NCBI RefSeq assembly: GCF_002150805.1
Contig: NZ_MTBA01000001.1
Location: 361,854 to 393,853 of the forward strand
Length of the DNA: 32,000 nt
From: Oceanospirillum sanctuarii
GTDB taxonomy: Bacteria > Pseudomonadota > Gammaproteobacteria > Pseudomonadales > Halomonadaceae
Reading direction: 5' to 3'
Positions within the stretch are counted from its first letter, which is position 1. Every line of letters starts with the position of its first letter. This document shows, piece after piece, positions 7,834 through 15,462 of the stretch. The notes under the pieces are model-generated. The model made no database searches, had not been told where the DNA came from, and worked only from the letters and a program-made list of their open reading frames with translations. The translations under genes and the position numbers were made by a program.

Positions 7834-9218
7834 TGACTTCTGTTTCCTCCGGTTCCATGAAAAGACAGCACGCTGCCGGTTTGCCCTTGGCCTTGCTGCT
7901 TCGGCTGGCGTGGCGCAATCTCTGGCGTCATCGTAAGCGCACCCTGATCACTCTGACCTCCATTGCGATTGGCTTTGCCATGGCCGTGATCTCCATCGGC
8001 ATTGGGGATGGCAGCCATAACAGCATGATCCGTAATGCGATCACACTGGGTGAGGGGCATCTGGCGATTCAGCCGAAAGGCTATCTGGAAGCGCCATCAA
8101 ACAGCCTGATGATTGCTGATGGGAAAGGGCTGACGGATCAGCTTCAGCACCCCCTGAAGGCGCTTGCTCAGCAGGGCATTCAGGTCAGTGCAATTCCGCG
8201 AATCTCACTGCAACTGCTCGCCAGCACAGCGAATAACTCCGTTGGCGTAGGACTGGAATCAGTCTCCGGACAAGCCGAAGATCCAAGATCAGAGCAGTTG
8301 AGAAAAGGGCTGATAGTCGGCGACTGGTTATCCGAAGAGCAGGAAAATGGCATCGTTCTGGGACAGGCGCTGGCAAACAAGCTGAAAGTTCGCCTCGGCA
8401 GCAAGGTCGTGCTGATGGCGGGTACGCAGGGTGGTGATACCACGGCTCAGTTAGGACGGGTTCGGGGGATTTTTCAGACCGGGATGGATGATCTGGACAG
8501 TTATCTGATTCTGGCACCTTTGGAATTGGGCCGGTTATTCCTCAAGGCAGAGCTAACGGCAACAGGCGCTCAAATTGAAACCAAAACCAAAACGGAAATT
8601 GAAGCCGAAACCGCTCAGCCACTGACCCGAATCGCCTTGTTTGTGTTACCGGCGGGAGCCGCTGATCAGGCTCAGTTGCTGCTGAATAAAGCGATGAACT
8701 CATCTCTGAATAGCCGACAGCTGGCTTTACTGGACTGGCAAACCCTGATGCCGGATCTGGTGCAGTTTGTGGCGCTGGATGATGCCGGAAACTACGTCTT
8801 CTTGCTGCTGATTCTGATTATGGTGCTCTTTGGCATCATCAATACGGTGCTGATGAGTGTGCTGGAGCGCACCCGGGAATTTGGCCTCCTACGGGCGCTT
8901 GGGCTGGCGAGGATTCAGCTGATGTTGCTGGTTTGTGCCGAGGCGTTTCTGCTCAGTGTGTTGGCGCTGCTGTTTGGCTGGTTGTTGGGCGGAGGCCTTC
9001 ATCTGGTGCTCTCAGCGAATGGTCTGGATCTCTCCGGCATGATGGGAGACAGCACCGCTATTATGGGCACCTATATGGACCCTGTGATTCGCCCGGAGCT
9101 TTCTCTGAACCGCATCGTGCAGCTTAGTGGTGGTATTTTTCTGGTGACCTTGCTGTCTGGCCTGTATCCCGCCATTAAGGCCAGTCGGGTCGCACCTGTT
9201 GATGCATTAAAGACCTGA
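7833..9218 (+). CDS. ABC transporter permease, FtsX/MacB-type (LolC/E-like), subunit 2
   Basis: The topology matches subunit 1 (WRNLWRHRKRTLITLTSIAIGF ... ERTREFGLLRALGLARIQL). The ATG overlaps the preceding TGA by 1 nt. The sequence clearly differs from subunit 1, so the two are paralogues. Confidence 0.9.
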   Translation: MTSVSSGSMKRQHAAGLPLALLLRLAWRNLWRHRKRTLITLTSIAIGFAMAVISIGIGDGSHNSMIRNAITLGEGHLAIQPKGYLEAPSNSLMIADGKGLTDQLQHPLKALAQQGIQVSAIPRISLQLLASTANNSVGVGLESVSGQAEDPRSEQLRKGLIVGDWLSEEQENGIVLGQALANKLKVRLGSKVVLMAGTQGGDTTAQLGRVRGIFQTGMDDLDSYLILAPLELGRLFLKAELTATGAQIETKTKTEIEAETAQPLTRIALFVLPAGAADQAQLLLNKAMNSSLNSRQLALLDWQTLMPDLVQFVALDDAGNYVFLLLILIMVLFGIINTVLMSVLERTREFGLLRALGLARIQLMLLVCAEAFLLSVLALLFGWLLGGGLHLVLSANGLDLSGMMGDSTAIMGTYMDPVIRPELSLNRIVQLSGGIFLVTLLSGLYPAIKASRVAPVDALKT

Positions 9219-9278
9219 TGGGACTGAATGCCACCTTTCACGCGTTCCCGTATTGAATCGATTTTATAAGGACATCCC

Positions 9279-9965
9279 ATGGCACTCTTAAGCCTGAGCA
9301 ATATCAGCAAAATTTATCAGCAGGGCGAGCTGACGGTTCCTGCGTTGCAGGAGGTTAACCTGACTGTTGAGCAGGGTGAGTTCGCGGCTCTGGTTGGTCC
9401 ATCCGGCTCCGGTAAAACCACGCTACTGAATATTATCGGCGGGCTGGATACGCCTTCTGAGGGGGAGGTGATGCTGAACGGGCGGGATATGACCCGACTG
9501 AGTGAAAGTGAGCTATCGGATTTTCGTCTCTTCGAGCTGGGTTTTATCTTTCAGGCCTACAATTTGGTACCGGTGCTCTCAGCGCTGGAAAATGTTGAGC
9601 TGATTATGGTGCTGCAGGGCAGACCGGAGAAAGAGCGGCGTGAGCGGGCAGAACACTTTCTGACCTTAGTGGGTCTGGCGGATCAGATGGATCGTCGTCC
9701 ATCCGGGTTAAGCGGTGGTCAGCAACAGAGGGTTGCGGTTGCCCGGGCGTTAGCCGCTGGGCCACGTCTGGTGCTGGCGGATGAACCAACCGCGAATCTG
9801 GACTCCGAAAACGCCACTGCTTTGCTGGATATCATGTACACCCTGAGTCAGGACAAAGAGCTGCAAACGACTTTCCTGTTTTCCACCCACGATCCACGGG
9901 TAATGGAGCGTGCCAGACGGATTATTACCCTGAGAGACGGGCGTATCGTTGCTGATGAGTGCTGA
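9279..9965 (+). CDS. ABC transporter ATP-binding protein (LolD/MacB-type)
   Basis: Walker A GPSGSGKTT, Q-loop, signature LSGGQQQRVAVARAL, Walker B LVLADEPTANLD, H-loop STHD. Confidence 0.95.
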   Translation: MALLSLSNISKIYQQGELTVPALQEVNLTVEQGEFAALVGPSGSGKTTLLNIIGGLDTPSEGEVMLNGRDMTRLSESELSDFRLFELGFIFQAYNLVPVLSALENVELIMVLQGRPEKERRERAEHFLTLVGLADQMDRRPSGLSGGQQQRVAVARALAAGPRLVLADEPTANLDSENATALLDIMYTLSQDKELQTTFLFSTHDPRVMERARRIITLRDGRIVADEC

Positions 9966-9969
9966 TCGA

Positions 9970-11289
9970 ATGATAAGGTTTAACCCGACGTTATGTTTTA
10001 GTGTCCTGATCACCTTAGTTTTCGTAAAGAGCACATGGGCTGATGAGAGCTGGACGCTTGATAGCTGGAACGTGGAGAACAGCGCCCGCCTGTCAGGCTA
10101 TGGCGGCTTCTACGGTGACGACAGTTCTCAGCTGTTTGACAATCGCCAGCAGCAGTTGAGCCTGCGCCTGATGAGTACGGGAAGCTCATCGGATCAGCAG
10201 CACACCCTAACTGGACATTTGAAACTCCGTCATCAGACCTTTTCTTCCCCCTCTGTTGCTCAAGGTTCATCTGAGTCCGCTATCGACTATTTTCGTGCTG
10301 CTGAGATCAGTGATAATCGGCTTTGGAACTCCTGTGATGAGGTAAGTCAGGGGGATATCTGCTTTCAGGGCGGTTACGATCTGGATCGTCTGTTTTATCG
10401 CTATCAGCCGGATTCCGGTCAGTATCGTGTGACCCTTGGACGACAGGCTATTGATTGGGGAACGGGCCGTTTCTGGCAGCCGTTAAACCTTTTTGGCAGC
10501 TTTGCCCCGACAGATCTGGATACCGATTACAAAGCAGGCATCGATGCCTTGGTGGGCGAGTATTACCCCGGCTATTTCTCTTCAATAACACTGGCCTATC
10601 TGCCAACGTCTCATGCCATTAAAGAGCAGATAATAGCCAACACAGGGGTAGATGAGGATTCGCTGGCGCTGCATTACCGTACCCTGATGGAATCCGGGGG
10701 CGAAGTGACCTTACTGGCAGGACGGGTGATGCAGCGCTCAACACTGGGCTTTGCCTGGGAGAGCAGTTTTGATCTGACGGATAATCTCTCCGGAATAGGC
10801 TCCCGAATCGAAGCCGTGTTGTATGAACAGGATGGCGTTTTATCAGGCTCAGAAGGGCAAACAGAAAAACGAAGTGCCCTGATGATTGCTGGTATGGATT
10901 ATCAGACCCAAAGTGATAACGAACTACTGGATGGCATTCTGATCAATCTGGAGTTGTATCAGGCAAGTAACGGTGCCGATAAAGCATCGGAGCTAAACAA
11001 GGTTCGTCAGTCGGCACTGGTCAAACAGGGAATACAGCCTCAGCTCTCAGAGCAGGTTATCGGTCTTGGTTTGGGTAAAACCCTCTCGCCTCTCTGGCAG
11101 GGCAACTACACCGGCTTGTTCAGTACCTTGTCCGGCGGAGCTTCACAACTGCATCAGATCAGTGCGGTCTATTCCCTAAGTGATGAGAGTGATCTCTTGC
11201 TGTCTCTGCTTTCCAGTTATGGCTCGGATGCCTCTGAGTTTGGCCCTGTACCCACCTCCCTGTCGGCACGGCTGAGACTCTATTTCTGA
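9970..11289 (+). CDS. Probable outer-membrane beta-barrel protein (porin-like), function unknown
   Basis: ATG at 9970 gives the signal peptide MIRFNPTLCFSVLITLVFVKSTWA. The protein is rich in alternating Tyr/Gly/Ser/Asp segments and ends in RLRLYF, a C-terminal aromatic typical of beta-barrels. It starts 5 nt after the ATPase stop. The ORF-track TTG start at 9949 is less likely. Confidence 0.6.
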   Translation: MIRFNPTLCFSVLITLVFVKSTWADESWTLDSWNVENSARLSGYGGFYGDDSSQLFDNRQQQLSLRLMSTGSSSDQQHTLTGHLKLRHQTFSSPSVAQGSSESAIDYFRAAEISDNRLWNSCDEVSQGDICFQGGYDLDRLFYRYQPDSGQYRVTLGRQAIDWGTGRFWQPLNLFGSFAPTDLDTDYKAGIDALVGEYYPGYFSSITLAYLPTSHAIKEQIIANTGVDEDSLALHYRTLMESGGEVTLLAGRVMQRSTLGFAWESSFDLTDNLSGIGSRIEAVLYEQDGVLSGSEGQTEKRSALMIAGMDYQTQSDNELLDGILINLELYQASNGADKASELNKVRQSALVKQGIQPQLSEQVIGLGLGKTLSPLWQGNYTGLFSTLSGGASQLHQISAVYSLSDESDLLLSLLSSYGSDASEFGPVPTSLSARLRLYF

Positions 11290-11511
11290 TCCTGGCTTAA
11301 TTTCTAGTGACTGGTCAGTTCTAAAGTTGGGTTTCAATCCAGCATTTCTAACTGTCTGATTCGCGGCGGTTTAATAAAATACCCTTTTAAATCATGGTGT
11401 TAAATTTTTTGGTGATTTAAAAAGGTTTCCCTAAATGAGATTTTTTCATTGGAGATAGGGCTTGTTAGGCTAGCGGGGGTTAATACTTAAGTTTAATGAC
11501 AAGGTGGTCAA

Positions 11512-12051
11512 ATGAACCCGCAAACCAATCTTCTGATCCGTACCTCTTTTGCCAAGCTTTTCACTGTTATCTTTCTGGTTTTGGCTCTTTCAATTGTTGT
11601 CTCCCTTATTTTCGACATTATCAATGATCTGCTGAGCGGCACGAGCTTTATGCAGATTTTTCTCGGAAGTATTAATACCGGTGTGATCGCCCTTGCGGTG
11701 TTTGAACTGGCGCTGGTGATCCACAAGGAATACTCCGGAGAAGAAGCAGAAGATGAAGATCCGGTGGCAGCGTTAAGACGAACGATTCCCCGTTTTATCG
11801 GTACGGTCTGCGTCGCTCTCTCTTTGGAAGGGCTGATTATGGTAATCAAGTACAGTCAGTTCGATCTCGCGGGCAATCTCTACTATCCCGTAGCGATTAT
11901 CAGCAGTACTGCATTTCTGCTGATAGCCCTTGGTGTGTTTATCTTTCTGAGTGACAAAGCGAGAGTTGGAAACCCAGCAATGACCGATAATAACATTCGC
12001 AACGATCAGCCCTTTGATGAGCCGAGGCAGGTGGCGGAATTAGCCCGTTGA
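11512..12051 (+). CDS. Hypothetical integral membrane protein (about 4 TM helices)
   Basis: ATG is preceded by AAGGTGG. Four hydrophobic stretches are separated by an acidic loop (EYSGEEAEDEDP). I recognise no family. The gene is AT-richer than its surroundings. Confidence 0.6.
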   Translation: MNPQTNLLIRTSFAKLFTVIFLVLALSIVVSLIFDIINDLLSGTSFMQIFLGSINTGVIALAVFELALVIHKEYSGEEAEDEDPVAALRRTIPRFIGTVCVALSLEGLIMVIKYSQFDLAGNLYYPVAIISSTAFLLIALGVFIFLSDKARVGNPAMTDNNIRNDQPFDEPRQVAELAR

Positions 12052-12456
12052 AATTAAGTTTTGATAAAGACTGCGTGCCGGATAATCGCGGTAACAGGAT
12101 ATCCGGCTCTGCACGCTGGTTTATTTCATGCTTAGCATGCTGCATTTTGTTTATAAAGAGAGTCCAGTCGCCTTGATGTTAGTGCTGTTTGCAAGTGAAG
12201 TACCGCTCAGGCACAACTTTATTACTGAATTGTTAATACTTTTGTCACAATCCACAATTTTTATCCGGTTTGCCATTGCTTCTTAATCAATCAGATTGTT
12301 TAATTCCGCCCTCTGTACTTAGATAAGATTCTTTTAATATCCATTTAATGGCGGTTAATACCTCTTATCTGACCATCTTTTTGCGAGTTTTCATCATATT
12401 CATTACCTGACGGTTTCCGGTTGTTGCGGGAAGCATAGTCTGATGTTGCCAATGAT

Positions 12457-13002
12457 TTGGCGACCATAAGTGAGGTTATTTTGAAGTCTAGATCGATTCA
12501 GCCAACACAGGTTGAGCGAAAAATGCGTACGGATGACTTTATTGTTTCCAAGACCGACGCAAAGGGAAGAATTACCTACTGCAATCCGATTTTTATCGAG
12601 TTCTCCGGTTATACCGAGCAGGAACTATTGGGCAAACAGCACAATATTATCCGCCATCCGGATATGCCCAGAACCACCTTCAAACTGGCATGGGACACCA
12701 TTCAGTCTGGTCGTGAGTTCTTCGCTTATGTGAAAAATATGAGTAAAGACGGCAGCTACTACTGGGTACTTGCGCACATGACACCTGATCTGGGTTCAAA
12801 CGGTCAGCCTATTGGTTACACCTCTGTTCGTCGTTGCCCGCGTCCTGAAGCCATTGAACGTATCGAATCCATTTACGAAAAGATCCTGGCTGCTGAGCGT
12901 GCTTCCGGTGCCCGTGATGCTCTTGCTGCAGGTGCCAATGTACTTAACGACTTTTTATTAAAGGAGGGTAAAAGTTATGAAGAACTTGTTCTCTCTATCT
13001 AA
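12457..13002 (+). CDS. Stand-alone PAS-domain protein (Aer/CetB-like, probable FAD-binding PAS)
   Basis: [85 protein letters not shown] aligns closely with the E. coli Aer PAS domain as I remember it. The start is uncertain: TTG 12457 is the ORF limit, TTG 12481 has GAGG 5 nt upstream, and ATG 12523 would remove the N-cap. Confidence 0.85.
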   Translation: MATISEVILKSRSIQPTQVERKMRTDDFIVSKTDAKGRITYCNPIFIEFSGYTEQELLGKQHNIIRHPDMPRTTFKLAWDTIQSGREFFAYVKNMSKDGSYYWVLAHMTPDLGSNGQPIGYTSVRRCPRPEAIERIESIYEKILAAERASGARDALAAGANVLNDFLLKEGKSYEELVLSI

Positions 13003-14278
13003 CCCTGTATTAGCGCCAGCTTTGATCCTGGTGCTCGGCTGCGTAGTGTCTTTCTGGGTGTCTGCTGCCCCTCTTATAGCAAGCGTGGTGGCTATTATCT
13101 GGATGGTGGCGGTTATGATCCGCCCTCAGTCGAATAGCGAGGCAGTGGAAATTCGTAAGCTGTTTGAGAATGTAGCTAAAGGGCGTCTTGAGCATCGTCT
13201 GCCGAATACCCTGAACGATCCTGAACTGGATAAGCTGAGAATTGAGATCAACTCTGCACTGGATCAAACGGAAACCGCTTTCCGCGAGATTCTGGGTACG
13301 GTTCGGGCATCCGGCAATGGAATGTATCATCGACGTTTGCAGGTAGCGGGTCTGAATGGCACCTTCCGTAGTGTTCTGGAAGAGATTCAGAAAGTATTGG
13401 ATGAGGCTCAGCGTACTCAGGAGATTGTGGATCGCGAATCTCTGTTGTCCCGTATTTTCCTGCGTTCTGAACGGGGCATGTCCTCGGCGATGTCTACCGC
13501 GAATACCACGCTGGAAAATGTGAACCAACAGGCAGAGCATATTTCCGGGTTCTCCAGAAGTTTCTCTGAAACGGCAGAGTCTATGGTGGGTGCATCCCAG
13601 CGTATGTCACTGGCACTAAAAGAAGCGGGGCAGTCTGCGGAGTCCAGTTTCTCTGCTTTGCAGGCGATGTCTCAGGCGGCATCGGAAATTCAGGGGCGCA
13701 GCAGCCAGATTGATGACCTTGCAGGTCAAACCAACCTGCTGGCGCTGAATGCAGCGATTGAAGCTGCCCGTGCCGGTGAAGCCGGACGTGGCTTTGCGGT
13801 GGTCGCTGATGAAGTGCGCAGCCTTGCGGATCAGTCCCGGGGCACGGCTCAGGAGATCTCAACGTCCATCCATACCATGATGGAAACCCTGAACTCCATG
13901 ACGACTCAGTTTGAGATTCTGCGTGAGGCGGTTGAAGAAGCCCGTGAAACCTCTGGAGTGTTCGGTGAGACACTGAAGTCCTCAGCTGAGTCTGCCCAAA
14001 CGGTAAATAGTCAGGCGGGTGAGATTACTCAGCTGGCAAACGTAATGGGTAACTCGATGAAGCTACTGCGCAGTGCTCAACGTGCCCGTGAGGATGTGAA
14101 CTCTATCCTGAATGGCCAGCCGATTGAGATCCGCAACCTTTCTGATATCGAACGAAAAGCGATCGATATGGCGGAGCAGGGGCGCTGGTCAAAAGACAGT
14201 AGTGACCGTGAGGCTTTGGTCGGAATCTACGATCAGGTGTTCACGGATATTGAGCGTCAGTTGAGTGGCTTGCGATAG
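12977..14278 (+). CDS. Methyl-accepting chemotaxis protein: membrane hairpin, HAMP, signalling domain, no periplasmic sensor (CetA/Aer C-terminal-like)
   Basis: The highly conserved MCP tip [34 protein letters not shown] is present. The N-terminal hydrophobic hairpin ([36 protein letters not shown]) is followed directly by a HAMP-like segment. A strong AAGGAGG lies 9 nt before the ATG, inside the end of the PAS gene. Confidence 0.92.
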   Translation: MKNLFSLSNPVLAPALILVLGCVVSFWVSAAPLIASVVAIIWMVAVMIRPQSNSEAVEIRKLFENVAKGRLEHRLPNTLNDPELDKLRIEINSALDQTETAFREILGTVRASGNGMYHRRLQVAGLNGTFRSVLEEIQKVLDEAQRTQEIVDRESLLSRIFLRSERGMSSAMSTANTTLENVNQQAEHISGFSRSFSETAESMVGASQRMSLALKEAGQSAESSFSALQAMSQAASEIQGRSSQIDDLAGQTNLLALNAAIEAARAGEAGRGFAVVADEVRSLADQSRGTAQEISTSIHTMMETLNSMTTQFEILREAVEEARETSGVFGETLKSSAESAQTVNSQAGEITQLANVMGNSMKLLRSAQRAREDVNSILNGQPIEIRNLSDIERKAIDMAEQGRWSKDSSDREALVGIYDQVFTDIERQLSGLR

Positions 14279-14308
14279 GCTCAGAAACGAATAGCTCTCT
14301 GATCTGAA

Positions 14309-14346
14309 ATGCCCCGTTATCTGAAAAGATAACGGGGCATTTTTTT
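14309..14346 (+). terminator. Intrinsic terminator after the MCP gene
   Basis: ATGCCCCGTTATC (14309-14321), loop TGAAAA, GATAACGGGGCAT (14328-14340) form a 13-bp perfect stem followed by TTTTTT (14341-14346). Confidence 0.85.
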
Positions 14347-14484
14347 AAGAAAGATCTTGAACCTATGGCATTACAGACCGTTAGAAAGAAAAGATGTATG
14401 TTGTCTGATTAAGAGATTGAATCAAAGGTATGCTTCAATCTCAGACTTCTGTAAGCAGTTACTAAAGGAATAGGAAAAGTAGCT

Positions 14485-15462
14485 ATGGACGATTTTTCTC
14501 CGTCAGATCTGAAAGCTATTCTGCATTCAAAACGTGCCAATCTGTTTTATCTGGAGTACTGCCGGGTGATGCAGAAAGATGGTCGGGTGCTCTACCTGAC
14601 CGAGGCCAGCAAAGAAAATCTCTACTTTAATATTCCCATCGCGAATACCACGGTGCTGTTATTGGGTAATGGTACGTCTATCACACAAGCGGCCATGCGT
14701 ATGTTGGCGCAGGCAGGCGTTTTAGTCGGCTTTTGCGGTGGTGGTGGCACGCCTTTGTATATGGCCTGTGAGGTGGAGTGGTTAACCCCGCAAAGTGAAT
14801 ACCGTCCTACGGAATATCTTCAGGGCTGGATGCAGTTCTGGTTTGATGACGATAAACGTCTGAGTGCCGCGAAGCAGTTTCAGAACGCCCGTATCGAATA
14901 TTTGCAGCGTATCTGGCAGAAAGACCGTGATCTTAAACTTGAAGGTTTTTCTGTCAGTGACACGCTTATTGAAAAAGCACTGGCGACGTTTTATTCCCGC
15001 ACCGATGCTGCAAAGCAATCCTCAGACCTTTTGCTGACAGAGGCTCAACTCACCAAAACACTCTACAAACACGCAGCAAATAATACCCAATTGGGTGATT
15101 TTTTCCGTCAGCATCAGGCTCAGGACAAAGCCAATGCTTTTCTGAATCATGGTAACTATCTGGCTTATGGCCTTGCTGCCAGCTGTTTGTGGGTTTTGGG
15201 TATTCCTCATGGTTTTGCCGTCATGCACGGCAAAACCCGGCGAGGGGCACTGGTGTTTGATGTGGCGGATCTGATTAAGGATGCCTTGGTGCTACCCTGG
15301 GCTTTTATCTGTGCCAAAGAAAATGCCACCGAGCAGGAATTCCGTCAGCAGGTCTTGCAGGCGTTTACCGATCATAAAGCACTGGACTTTATGTTTGATA
15401 CGGTCAAAAAGATTGCCCTGCAGAATATGTCCGCACAGGAAATTGAGGAAAAAAACCTATGA
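14485..15462 (+). CDS. cas1: CRISPR-associated endonuclease Cas1, type I-F
   Basis: The 325-aa N-terminus MDDFSPSDLKAILHSKRANLFYLEYCRV...GRVLY and the segment HGKTRRGALVFDVADLIKD are typical of I-F Cas1. Its stop overlaps the cas2-3 start (ATGA). It is the first gene of a canonical I-F operon. Confidence 0.95.
   Translation: MDDFSPSDLKAILHSKRANLFYLEYCRVMQKDGRVLYLTEASKENLYFNIPIANTTVLLLGNGTSITQAAMRMLAQAGVLVGFCGGGGTPLYMACEVEWLTPQSEYRPTEYLQGWMQFWFDDDKRLSAAKQFQNARIEYLQRIWQKDRDLKLEGFSVSDTLIEKALATFYSRTDAAKQSSDLLLTEAQLTKTLYKHAANNTQLGDFFRQHQAQDKANAFLNHGNYLAYGLAASCLWVLGIPHGFAVMHGKTRRGALVFDVADLIKDALVLPWAFICAKENATEQEFRQQVLQAFTDHKALDFMFDTVKKIALQNMSAQEIEEKNL

Noticed and set aside
8560-8625. A low-complexity stretch (ELTATGAQIETKTKTEIEAETAQ) in the periplasmic domain of permease 2, considered as a repeat or insertion
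   Set aside because: It is in frame, short, and lies within a variable loop region of FtsX-type periplasmic domains. There is no nucleotide-level tandem repeat beyond simple AAAAC/GAAA reiteration.
12065-12085. A sigma-28 (FliA)-like promoter, TAAAG ... GCCGGATAA, upstream of the taxis operon
   Set aside because: The spacing between the two elements is 7 nt instead of about 15, the -10 element has an extra base, and the site is about 370-400 bp upstream of the candidate PAS gene starts.
12977-13002. The 26-nt overlap of the PAS and MCP ORFs, read as a frameshift in a single aer pseudogene
   Set aside because: A strong AAGGAGG lies at the correct distance from the MCP ATG. The MCP ORF begins with its own membrane hairpin. 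Bipartite PAS/MCP receptors are an established class. Only a sequencing error could overturn this.
14373-14387. ACAGACCGTTAGAAA upstream of cas1, which resembles the 3-prime half of the CRISPR repeat (ACAGGCGGCTTAGAAA; 13 of 16 positions with one gap, 7 of 8 of the handle). It could be a vestigial upstream array or a CreR/CreA-like degenerate mini-array.
   Set aside because: The 5-prime half of the repeat and its stem are absent. The region 32 nt downstream matches the repeat at only about 10 of 28 positions. The nearby hairpin (14413-14442) is at the wrong distance: 25 nt where about 37 nt would be expected. A TTAGAAA 7-mer in AT-rich DNA is easily a chance match. It is worth a covariance or alignment check, but I cannot support it by eye.
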